The notes beneath the pieces were generated by a model that worked only from the letters and a program-made list of their open reading frames with translations, was not told the origin of the DNA and made no database searches. Positions 40,189 through 48,182 of a DNA stretch of 64,000 bases are shown piece after piece (the stretch's first letter is position 1; each line of letters opens with the position of its first letter). The DNA is from Ruminococcaceae bacterium OttesenSCG-928-I18 (GTDB lineage: Bacteria; Bacillota; Clostridia; Oscillospirales; Ruminococcaceae): contig JAJDHT010000001.1 of NCBI GenBank assembly GCA_030266325.1, forward strand, positions 32,813-96,812. The letters run 5' to 3'. Both the position numbers and the translations under genes were made by a program.

Positions 40189-40365
40189 TTATTTGTACTT
40201 GCGCTTGCGGGCAGCTTCGGACTTTTTCTTGCGTTTTACCGAAGGTTTCTCGTAAGCTTCGCGTTTGCGAACTTCCGCCAGAACGCCCGATTTCGCACAA
40301 GAACGCTTGAACCTGCGCAACGCGCTGTCCAGCGATTCATTGTCCTTGACTCTGATTTCCGACAT
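40189..40365 (-). CDS. rpsU: 30S ribosomal protein S21
   Basis: 58 aa, below the track cutoff. [69 protein letters not shown]. Confidence 0.93.
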   Translation of the reverse strand: MSEIRVKDNESLDSALRRFKRSCAKSGVLAEVRKREAYEKPSVKRKKKSEAARKRKYK

Positions 40366-40478
40366 TTTTGTCCCTCCCTAATGCCGAAGGCAGGAGTAAG
40401 AAGCTGTGATCGACAGCTTCGTACACAAGAAAACAACCGCCTTGCTTGGCGGGCACAATCGCTCTCTTGTGCATACAT

Positions 40479-40508
40479 ATTATACAACAGCCCCCCAAGC
40501 AGTGTCAA
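40479..40508 (-). promoter_or_regulatory. Sigma-A type promoter for rpsU
   Basis: Minus strand reads TTGACA-18 nt-TATAAT, leaving a leader of roughly 105 nt. Confidence 0.55.
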
Positions 40509-40590
40509 GGTGATGTGGCGCGAAGCCTTCATATTGCTGACGTTATATATACTCTATACATAATTATATGTTAAACTTAAACAGTATAAT

Positions 40591-40736
40591 GAAGCGCACT
40601 GCCTGCAGCTGGGCTACGGGGTATCGGCGCCACGGACCGGCAAGTCCGCCCCAAGGGACGGGGTATCAGACCCCCGCTAGTGGGGAATAAATGCTTTCCT
40701 CTATTCGCGGCTCTCGCTTCTGAAACGACTATTTCC
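40591..40736 (-). other. Orphan, decayed copy of the flagellin promoter-proximal region and leader (no flagellin ORF follows)
   Basis: Shares blocks with 25740..25852: GAAGCGCACTGCCT, GCGCCAC, TCCGCCCCAA.GG.CGG, AGACCCC, AGTGGGG, AAACGAC.AT.TCC. A 36-nt insertion lies at 40687..40722. Mismatches become G-U wobbles only on the minus strand. Confidence 0.55.
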
Positions 40737-41079
40737 TCCGATTCATTTCCCTATACCCTGCATTTTTAGGAACCATTCGAAGCCGAGCGGTATGTCTGGT
40801 CCTCTCATTCTCCTTCAAAATACAGGCTGGGAACGCAACCACAAGGCTTCTTTTTCCTTTTGAGAATACCAGCAACTTTCACAATGGGTTTTTCATCCGT
40901 TTTTCACTGTGATTTCCCATCATTTTGCTTTTCTTCACTCTAAAGTTCCACTCTCCCTTGTGCAGCTTTTAAGCGCAAAAAATCTCTCCTATTTGGGCTG
41001 AGGCACCGACCGGAAGAGAGCAAAAACAAGAGAGGTTCATGCGAACGAGACAGATACTATTATACAATATGTATATCAA

Positions 41080-41340
41080 CTATATGTTGCCGTTATTTCC
41101 TTCTATCCAGACATTCAATGCAATATCTTGTGGTGGCATATTGTTCGAAAACACACCCCATGCGCCCCTTATCTCTTTTCCAAATCTTTCATCTGTCCAC
41201 TCACTATACCCCTGTTTTTGAGCTGGTGTCTTGTCACCCTTTTTGAGGCTTTTTTGAATGGTTTTATAGTGGCATTCACAAGCTTCAAATTTCTTCTGAT
41301 TCCAAAGGGACAGAAAATTATGACTTTTCTTTTTTGTAAT
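41080..41340 (-). pseudogene. Start-less 86-codon reading frame in the lower-GC patch (possible C-terminal gene remnant)
   Basis: The stop-to-stop frame reads ITKKKSHNFLSLWNQKKFEACECHYKTIQKSLKKGDKTPAQKQGYSEWTDERFGKEIRGAWGVFSNNMPPQDIALNVWIEGNNGNI. It has no ATG/GTG/TTG start and no recognisable family. Confidence 0.25.
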
Positions 41341-41470
41341 TTAGAGAAGAACCGTGTATACTATATATTGTGGTAGTGAAGAACATTCTTTGGGAAACAA
41401 AACGCGTGTATGTGCATAAGTATATTTATGCTTTTACACATGACTGACACAAAAGAAGGGAGTGAAGTAT

Positions 41471-41911
41471 ATGCAATGGGCACCGGTGATTTGGCTTGTC
41501 TTGATTGTTCTTTTTGTGGTTTTTGAGGGCTTGTCCTCCGTTTTGGTCAGCATTTGGTTTTGCGCAGGCTCTATTGTCGCGTTGATCGTGTCCCTGTTTC
41601 TACCCGAAGCCTATCTGATTCAGTTTTTGGCGTTCGCCGTAGTAAGCATCCTCAGTATGATCGCCCTACGCCCCTTGGCAAAAAAGTGGGTTGACACCCG
41701 TCGTGTCCCCACAAATGCCGATGCGAATATTGGCAAAATCGGGCAGGTGATTACAGAGATCCAACCTGGCCGTTTTGGCAGGGTTCGGCTGGAGGGTCTT
41801 GACTGGACCGCCCAGGCGGATGTCGTTTTGCCGGTGGGAAGTTGGTGCAAAGTGGTATCCCTGGACGGCGTGAAGCTAGTTGTGGTTCCTGCGGCCCAAG
41901 AAACGCCCTGA
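41471..41911 (+). CDS. NfeD-family membrane protein
   Basis: Three N-terminal TM helices plus a C-terminal OB-like domain (GRVRLEGLDWTAQAD). GAAGGGAG lies 8 nt before the ATG at 41471. Confidence 0.8.
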   Translation: MQWAPVIWLVLIVLFVVFEGLSSVLVSIWFCAGSIVALIVSLFLPEAYLIQFLAFAVVSILSMIALRPLAKKWVDTRRVPTNADANIGKIGQVITEIQPGRFGRVRLEGLDWTAQADVVLPVGSWCKVVSLDGVKLVVVPAAQETP

Positions 41912-41950
41912 TATGTACACCATTTAATTTAACTGGTAGTGGAGGTCTAT

Positions 41951-42850
41951 ATGAATAACCTGATTTTTATTGTGCTCGCCGTTTTGTTACTGCTGGTTTT
42001 GGTCTTTAATGTCAAGATCGTTTCGCAGTCCACCTGTTATGTGGTTGAGCGTATGGGAGTGTACAGTACGACCTGGCAGGCCGGGCTGCATTTCAAAATT
42101 CCCTTTTTTGAGCGCATTGCGAAAAAGGTCTCTTTAAAAGAGCAGGTGGTAGACTTTAAACCCCAGCCTGTGATCACCCGAGACAATGTTACCATGCAAA
42201 TTGACACCGTAGTATTCTTCCAGGTAACCGACGCCAAGCTTTACACTTATGGGGTGGAAAAACCCCTCGCTGCCATCGAGAATCTCAGTGCCACCACCCT
42301 GCGAAATATTATTGGCGAAATGGAATTGGACCACACCCTGACGAGCCGGGATGTGATCAACACCAAAATCACGGCCACCCTGGATGAGGCCACAGACAAG
42401 TGGGGCATCAAGGTCAATCGGGTAGAGCTAAAGAACATCTTGCCGCCTGCAGAGATTCAGGACGCCATGGAAAAGCAGATGAAGGCAGAACGGCAGCGCA
42501 GAGAGGCCATCCTGCGTGCGGAGGGGGAAAAGAGAAGCGCCATCCTGGTGGCTGAGGGCGAAAAGGAGAGCGCCATCCTGCGCGCCGACGCCGTGCGCGA
42601 GCAGCGTATCCGCGAAGCAGACGGCGAGGCACAGGCCATTCTCAGCGTGCAAAAGGCCAATGCGGATGCGATCAAACTCTTGAACGAAGCCAAACCCATA
42701 AGGGAGGTTTTGACTTTGAAGAGCCTGGAAGCCTTGGCGGAAGTGGCCGACGGCCAAGCCACCAAGCTGATCATCCCCAGCGAAATACAGAATTTGGCAG
42801 GACTTGTGGGAAGTTTGAGCGAAATCACCGGCGAAACCGAAAAAAAATAA
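41951..42850 (+). CDS. SPFH/band-7 (stomatin-like) protein
   Basis: N-terminal TM helix, SPFH core (VVERMGVY...TRDNV...), and C-terminal AEGEK.SAIL repeats. GGAGG RBS before the ATG at 41951. Confidence 0.88.
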   Translation: MNNLIFIVLAVLLLLVLVFNVKIVSQSTCYVVERMGVYSTTWQAGLHFKIPFFERIAKKVSLKEQVVDFKPQPVITRDNVTMQIDTVVFFQVTDAKLYTYGVEKPLAAIENLSATTLRNIIGEMELDHTLTSRDVINTKITATLDEATDKWGIKVNRVELKNILPPAEIQDAMEKQMKAERQRREAILRAEGEKRSAILVAEGEKESAILRADAVREQRIREADGEAQAILSVQKANADAIKLLNEAKPIREVLTLKSLEALAEVADGQATKLIIPSEIQNLAGLVGSLSEITGETEKK

Positions 42851-42859
42851 AAAAAGGGC

Positions 42860-42886
42860 TAAAGTTTTAAAATCTGCTGTCGATAG
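42860..42886 (+). promoter_or_regulatory. Sigma-28 (SigD/FliA)-type promoter
   Basis: TAAA-15 nt-GTCGATAG, matching 6 of 8 positions of GCCGATAT/A including the CGATA core. Located 136 nt upstream of the 43022 ATG. Confidence 0.55.
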
Positions 42887-43021
42887 ATAAGATGGAAGAA
42901 TATCTGCAAAGCTAAGGTTTCTTTTTGCAATTGAATAGCTATTGCAAATATAATTGCTCTTTTTTCGTTTTTATTGCTTTTTGTGTTATTTTGGGACATT
43001 GTCCCGAAGGGAGTGTTTTAC

Positions 43022-43810
43022 ATGGCAGTCGGCGGTATCGATTCTTATCTCAATTCCTATCTCAGTCCGTATTCTTGGACACAGGGTACCTCTTCCTCAA
43101 ATTCCGTGTGGGACTATGCCGGGGCGCAGAAAAACGCCCAGGCCGAAGCGGCCAGTCTCATGGAGATGTACAATGGAAACAAGGCGACGGTCTCTGGCCT
43201 GAAAAAGGATACAGCCCAATTTTTGGACAGCTACACCAAGAGCCTCAAATCCCTCGACCAGGCCGCGAGCAACATCCGCTTGGATAACCTCGACAAAATT
43301 TTGTATGACAAAGAGGGGAACATCACCGACAGCACCATTAAGGCGACGGTGGATGCCACCCAGAAATTTGTGGATCAATACAACAGCACGCTCAAGCTGA
43401 TGAACGACAATGCCGAGCGTGGCCCCGGCACGATGAAACAGCTCGGCCGTATGGTACAGGACCCGGCCCCGGAGGCCGGCATGGCTCTGATAGGCGTCAC
43501 CGTGAATAAAGATGGCACCCTTTCGTTGGACGCCGAAAAAATGACCAAAGCTTTTAAAGAGTCCGGCCCCGAAAACCAGAAACTGTATCGGGATATCCTC
43601 GGGGGCTTTGGCGGCATTGCGGACAACACACACAAAAACGCGCAGTTCGGCCTCAATACCTCCGCGCGGGATCTCATCCTCAACGATCTGGCCACCATCA
43701 AGGCTACCCAGGCTGAAAATCCTTTCCGCGAGCTGTATGACTCTTTCAGAGGCAATGTTTACAACATGAACAACCAGGCCGTTGGCATCATGATGAATAT
43801 GCTCGTATAA
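43022..43810 (+). CDS. Hypothetical protein, possibly flagellum-associated (segment resembling the FliD C-terminal region)
   Basis: 262 aa from the ATG 8 nt after GAAGGGAG. No TM helix or signal peptide. GVTVNKDGTLSLDAEKMTKAF resembles the FliD GIT..DG.L.LD..KL..AL block. Confidence 0.6.
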   Translation: MAVGGIDSYLNSYLSPYSWTQGTSSSNSVWDYAGAQKNAQAEAASLMEMYNGNKATVSGLKKDTAQFLDSYTKSLKSLDQAASNIRLDNLDKILYDKEGNITDSTIKATVDATQKFVDQYNSTLKLMNDNAERGPGTMKQLGRMVQDPAPEAGMALIGVTVNKDGTLSLDAEKMTKAFKESGPENQKLYRDILGGFGGIADNTHKNAQFGLNTSARDLILNDLATIKATQAENPFRELYDSFRGNVYNMNNQAVGIMMNMLV

Positions 43811-43818
43811 GCATATAT

Positions 43819-43851
43819 GAAACCGCCCCCTGCAAAGCAGGGGGCGGTTTC
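43819..43851 (+). terminator. Intrinsic terminator
   Basis: GAAACCGCCCCCTGC-AAA-GCAGGGGGCGGTTTC followed by AGTTTGT. Confidence 0.75.
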
Positions 43852-43895
43852 AGTTTGTCGAGAAAGGCCAGGAGGGACGTGTCCCCTTGACCCCC

Positions 43896-43925
43896 TCTTG
43901 AAACGGCATATATGCCGTTTCAAGA
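43896..43925. repeat. 30-nt perfect palindrome
   Basis: TCTTGAAACGGCATATATGCCGTTTCAAGA between the terminator above and the hflX stop. Confidence 0.8.
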
Positions 43926-43962
43926 GAATGTTTTGCGGAGCTTTTTTCATCGGAAACAAGTG

Positions 43963-45270
43963 TTATTCCGGCGCCTTATCCCCTGGGGGCTCACACCTGT
44001 AGGGCGCAATCAGGTGTGCGTGGGACGCCTCTATCGTGCCCCTGAGATACACCCCTTCCGGCCCGAACTGCTCCTCTTCCACAGCACCAAAGCGCCGCAC
44101 CGTATCACCCAAAGTCAACTTGTCGTACGGCAAGCAGATGGAAAAATGTCGAACCCTGTGCGCCAACAACTGCGTCATTCTCTGTTTTAACTCTTCCAGC
44201 CCCTCGCCCGTGTGGGCGCTCACAAGAAGCGCCGACGGGTCGAGCGGCTTAAAACCTGGCACCAGATCGCTTTTATTGTACACCAAAAGCTGCTTTGCGC
44301 CCGCGCCCAAAGAGTGCAGAACCTCGTTCGTAACGGCCAGCTGCTCTTCTGCCTTCGCATCGGAAGCATCACATACTTTAAGGAGCAGGTCGGCATACGC
44401 GGCCTCCTCCAAGGTGCTTTGAAATGCCTCTATCAAATTGTGCGGCAGGCGTGAGACGAATCCCACGGTGTCAATCAGAATGACACTTTGGCCGTCGGGA
44501 AGGGTCAAACGGCGCGCGGTTGGGTCCAGCGTCACAAACAGGCGGTCGTCCGAGGCGATTTCGCTGCCCGTAAGGGCATTCATCAGGCTGGATTTCCCCA
44601 CGTTCGTATAACCCACCAGCGCCACAAGAGCAGTGGCGTTTTTTTCGCGGCTTCTTCTGTTTTCGTCCCGCCTTGCCTGCATGGTGGCCAGGCGCTTTTT
44701 CAAAGCCGCAATCCGGTTGCGGATATACCTTCTGTCATATTCAAGCTTTGTCTCGCCGCCGCCGCGGCGGGCCCCTGCGCCACCCCCGCCGCCGCCGCCC
44801 TGGCGGGACATTTCCGCGCCCAGCCCCGCGAGCCTTGGCAGGCGGTACTCCAGTGTGGCCAGTTCCGTCTGTGTCTTTCCCTCGCGCGTTACGGCGCGGT
44901 TTTTAAAAATCTCCAGGATCAACATCGTCCTGTCAATCACCGGAAGACCAAGCGCCGTCGACAGGTTGCGAAGCTGGCTTCCCGTCAGCTCCCCGTCGTA
45001 GACGGCGCTTTGAATTTGCAGATGATCGCAAAGGTCCTTTGCCTCTTCCAGCCTGCCTGTACCCAGCACCGTAGCGCTGTCGGGCGCCTTACGCCTTTGC
45101 AACATCTCCGCCGCGGGCTCCATATGGTTTGCCAGCGCCAGCGCGCTCAGCTCTTCCATGCTGCTTTGCGCGTCATAAGCGCCGGTATCTATCCCCAGCA
45201 GGATCACACGCTCCGGTGCGTCCGCCAAGGGCGGTTCTGCCTGCGTTACAGGCCGGTCACTTTCCTGCAT
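43963..45270 (-). CDS. hflX: GTPase HflX
   Basis: HflX N-domain, Gly-rich linker and G-domain (LVGYTNVGKSSLMNALTG, DTVGF, NKSD). Confidence 0.9.
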   Translation of the reverse strand: MQESDRPVTQAEPPLADAPERVILLGIDTGAYDAQSSMEELSALALANHMEPAAEMLQRRKAPDSATVLGTGRLEEAKDLCDHLQIQSAVYDGELTGSQLRNLSTALGLPVIDRTMLILEIFKNRAVTREGKTQTELATLEYRLPRLAGLGAEMSRQGGGGGGGAGARRGGGETKLEYDRRYIRNRIAALKKRLATMQARRDENRRSREKNATALVALVGYTNVGKSSLMNALTGSEIASDDRLFVTLDPTARRLTLPDGQSVILIDTVGFVSRLPHNLIEAFQSTLEEAAYADLLLKVCDASDAKAEEQLAVTNEVLHSLGAGAKQLLVYNKSDLVPGFKPLDPSALLVSAHTGEGLEELKQRMTQLLAHRVRHFSICLPYDKLTLGDTVRRFGAVEEEQFGPEGVYLRGTIEASHAHLIAPYRCEPPGDKAPE

Positions 45271-45272
45271 AT

Positions 45273-45818
45273 TCAGTCCTTTTGGTATCTATAATAATGT
45301 GCTTTGACCGCACTTCCGTCCAAAAGATGATACTCTCCCTCATGGGTATATAAAAAACCATTTTTTTGCATCACCCTGCCGCTTGCCGGGTTTTCTACCG
45401 CATGGCAGCCATACAGCGTCTTCTCTCCCGTGCTCTTTACAAAATAGTCCAGCACGGCTCTCAACGCTTCGCTTGTGTACCCTTGGCCCCAAAATGCCCT
45501 GCCAATGCAAAACGCGGGCTGCCAGCCCTTTGGGGCACCGGCCTCCCCGGAGAAAAAAACGCCGATGGAGCCCACCAAAGCACCGTCTTCCCTGCGCTCT
45601 ATCGCCCAGTGGTAGGTGTCGTCTTTCTCATAGCCGGCCACCCATTGTCCAATCATCTCTTCGCTCTCACGAGGGTTCCTGTGTGGCTCCCAGCGCAAAA
45701 ACCGTGTCACCTCAGGGTCTTTACCCCAGTTTTCATACATTGCCGGGGCATCCTGCAAGGTAAAGCGGCGCAAAAAAAGGCGGGGCGTCTCGATCGGCTG
45801 TGTTCCCATAGGATACAT
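45273..45818 (-). CDS. GNAT-family N-acetyltransferase (RimJ/RimL-like)
   Basis: 181 aa from the ATG after GGAG. ETPRLFLRRF...WAIE...GSIG...WGQGYTSEA pattern. The longer track ORF overlaps sppA. Confidence 0.8.
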   Translation of the reverse strand: MYPMGTQPIETPRLFLRRFTLQDAPAMYENWGKDPEVTRFLRWEPHRNPRESEEMIGQWVAGYEKDDTYHWAIERREDGALVGSIGVFFSGEAGAPKGWQPAFCIGRAFWGQGYTSEALRAVLDYFVKSTGEKTLYGCHAVENPASGRVMQKNGFLYTHEGEYHLLDGSAVKAHYYRYQKD

Positions 45819-45843
45819 TTCCACTCCATACCAATCTGGTTTT

Positions 45844-47049
45844 TTAGTAAGCCCCTGCAAGCTCGGGTGCATAGGCGAGGGGCACCCCCTGCGGCAGTGC
45901 CTCCACCCGGGACAGGACCGCTTCCGTTTCCCCCTGCGGCAGGTTGCCCAAAACGCCGGACAGGATACGGCCCAAGCTGCTCTGTCTCGAAAAGCTCGGA
46001 TAAAACGCCTCCGCCTCTGTCTCCTTCTCAAAATCAGACAAGGCCTGCTCCCAATCGGTCACTTCATCCACAAGCCCTTGCTGCAGGGCCTGGTTCGCCG
46101 TATAGGTCCGCCCGTCTGAAAGACGGTATGCCTCTTCCCGCTCCATGCCACGGCCCTGCTCTATCAAATCGATGAAACGCTCATAGCTCTCATCCACACT
46201 GCTCTGGTACACTTCGCGCTGCGCGTCGGTGATTTCCACCCCTGGCACGCCCACGCCCTTGTTGTCCCCAGAGCGGACCAGCACCGTCTCTACGCCCAAT
46301 TTTCCATACAGGCCGCTCACATCGGTCAGTGCGATATAGACCCCGATGGAACCGGTGGTGGTGTTGTAGTTGGCATAGAGTTTTTGCGCGGCCATGCTGA
46401 CATAGTAGCCCCCGGAGGCACAGGTTCTTGCCATATACGCCCAGATGGGGCGTCCCGTCTCTTCGTGGTAATGGGCAAGCGCCCGGTACAATTCATCGCT
46501 CTCGTATACCCCGCCACCGGGTGTATCCAAATACAGCAGGATGCCACGGTCGTTCTCATTCTCCGCCAATTTCTCAATATAGGAGATCGTAGATTTGTGG
46601 TGGTAGCTCGGGTCATTGACGCCGAGCGCATCGGTGCCTTGTTCAAAGATATCCCCCTTCACGGAGATCACCGAGAACGTGCCCTCGGGCGGGTGGGTTC
46701 TGGCAGAGGCGGGACGCAAAAGCCCCCTCACGGAAAAGGCCACAGAGACAATCAGGCCCAGCAGTATTGCCAACAATACAATCGTGGCCAAAGAAAGTGA
46801 GATCAGGGAAATTCCGATCGCCTTTCCCGCCCCGTCCTGCTTTTTCCGCCTGGCGCGCAACAGGGCCACTTTGCCCTGGTTTTCAGGCATAGGCGGCCTT
46901 GTGTCCCGTGGCATCTCCGGCGGCGTATCCTGTCCTATGGCATCTTCTTCCCGCCTTGCGGGCTCCGCCTTTTGGGCAAGGGAATCCTCTGGCACTTCCC
47001 CCGCTGCGTCCGTCCTGTTTTCTTCCCTTTTTTCCCAGTTTTCGTTCAT
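45844..47049 (-). CDS. sppA: Signal peptide peptidase SppA (36K type)
   Basis: TM anchor, then the ClpP/crotonase-like core with CASGGYYVS (Ser nucleophile block). ATGA overlap with the upstream gene. Confidence 0.85.
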   Translation of the reverse strand: MNENWEKREENRTDAAGEVPEDSLAQKAEPARREEDAIGQDTPPEMPRDTRPPMPENQGKVALLRARRKKQDGAGKAIGISLISLSLATIVLLAILLGLIVSVAFSVRGLLRPASARTHPPEGTFSVISVKGDIFEQGTDALGVNDPSYHHKSTISYIEKLAENENDRGILLYLDTPGGGVYESDELYRALAHYHEETGRPIWAYMARTCASGGYYVSMAAQKLYANYNTTTGSIGVYIALTDVSGLYGKLGVETVLVRSGDNKGVGVPGVEITDAQREVYQSSVDESYERFIDLIEQGRGMEREEAYRLSDGRTYTANQALQQGLVDEVTDWEQALSDFEKETEAEAFYPSFSRQSSLGRILSGVLGNLPQGETEAVLSRVEALPQGVPLAYAPELAGAY

Positions 47050-48131
47050 TCCACTTCTACCTCAGCGCCCGCCCCGGCGGGGTCTTCCCGCGCCGGAGAA
47101 TCCTCCCCGGCCTCACTTTCTGCCTCTCTTTGTATCTCTGCGCTCACCTTACCCTTTTTAACGGAAAACGCACTCTGTCGCACAAAAAGGGCGCCGCGCT
47201 CCAACCGTCCACCCGTCGTACCCGAAGCCGCATACCTGCGAAGCAAAATGAAGGCTGGAAAAAAACCCAATATTAAAAACAACAAGCTGAACATCATTTC
47301 TTTTACTGTCTGGGCCAGGCTGTGGCTCTCGAAATACAGGGCCGTCGTCGTCGCGATGCTCATATTGTACCCGGCCATATTTGTGGTGACAAGCCAATAC
47401 CAGACAAGCTCCAGCAGAAAGGCTACAATCAGGGAGGACACCATCACGATGACCCCACCCGCAATCCGATTGGCCTTGCCGCGGAACAACCGGTAAAGCA
47501 GCGCGCTGAGAAAAGGGATAAACGCATAAATCACCGAGTTGATGGTCCCCTTGGAGAGCGCCTGCGACCAGTTTGGCAATGCGGCAATGGACGCCCCCAA
47601 AAGCGCCCCCAGAATGCCCGTGAGATAAAACCCCCGTGCTTTCAGGGGGGTTTTTGTGTCCTTCTCGGGCAGGTCAAGGCGGGTTTGCAGGCACAATTTG
47701 TGTGTCGCCCGGCAGCCCTCAGCAAGATAGGCATAACGGTCACAGCCCTCACCGTCGCACAGCGGGCACCGGCTCGGCGGCGCATAGTCAAGCTCTTTCA
47801 GTGTCTCCGCGGCCGCCACCGCGGCGCCATGCACGGCCCCCTTGGCGTAGAAATCGCTGGGCGGTGCCAGAACGCCCACCAAGACGCCCCCCTCACCCTC
47901 TTCGTCTTTTTCCGAAAACCACTTTACGCTGCCCTGCTCCTGTTCTTTCAGCCTTTTCCGTGCCGGTTTCGCGTCTCTGTCCACCACCACGCGCAAAAAA
48001 AACTCCGTCGTTTCGGCGTTCTTGTTGAATTCGACGCTGAGAGGAAACCCCTGCTGGTAACCCAGTGCGATGTTGTCTGCAACATGAAAGTCAAGCTCGG
48101 CCATCATCTCTTCAAAATAGTTCTTTGTCAC
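47046..48131 (-). CDS. Hypothetical multi-pass membrane protein with a Cys-rich cytoplasmic N-domain
   Basis: 361 aa. CPLCDGEGC...C...C cluster, about 5 TM helices and an acidic tail. GTG start. No family recognised. Confidence 0.55.
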   Translation of the reverse strand: MTKNYFEEMMAELDFHVADNIALGYQQGFPLSVEFNKNAETTEFFLRVVVDRDAKPARKRLKEQEQGSVKWFSEKDEEGEGGVLVGVLAPPSDFYAKGAVHGAAVAAAETLKELDYAPPSRCPLCDGEGCDRYAYLAEGCRATHKLCLQTRLDLPEKDTKTPLKARGFYLTGILGALLGASIAALPNWSQALSKGTINSVIYAFIPFLSALLYRLFRGKANRIAGGVIVMVSSLIVAFLLELVWYWLVTTNMAGYNMSIATTTALYFESHSLAQTVKEMMFSLLFLILGFFPAFILLRRYAASGTTGGRLERGALFVRQSAFSVKKGKVSAEIQREAESEAGEDSPAREDPAGAGAEVEVE

Positions 48132-48182
48132 AGTTGTCTGTCCCCTCGGTGGCGTTTTCTCGGCTCCTTGCGGGTAATGGTT

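Noticed and set aside
41039-41376. Plus-strand ORFs of 60 and 82 aa in the lower-GC patch
   Set aside because: They have no RBS and an odd hydrophobic, low-complexity composition, and they lie antisense to the start-less frame. They are most likely non-coding.
40570-41460. Integrated mobile element or prophage remnant
   Set aside because: I found no integrase, transposase, tRNA attachment site or flanking direct/inverted repeats. Only the compositional shift and a gene fragment are present, so it is reported as an observation and not called a mobile element.
41471-42850. NfeD/SPFH pair as a novel system
   Set aside because: This two-gene operon is a well-known, widespread arrangement, and nothing unusual was seen in either protein.
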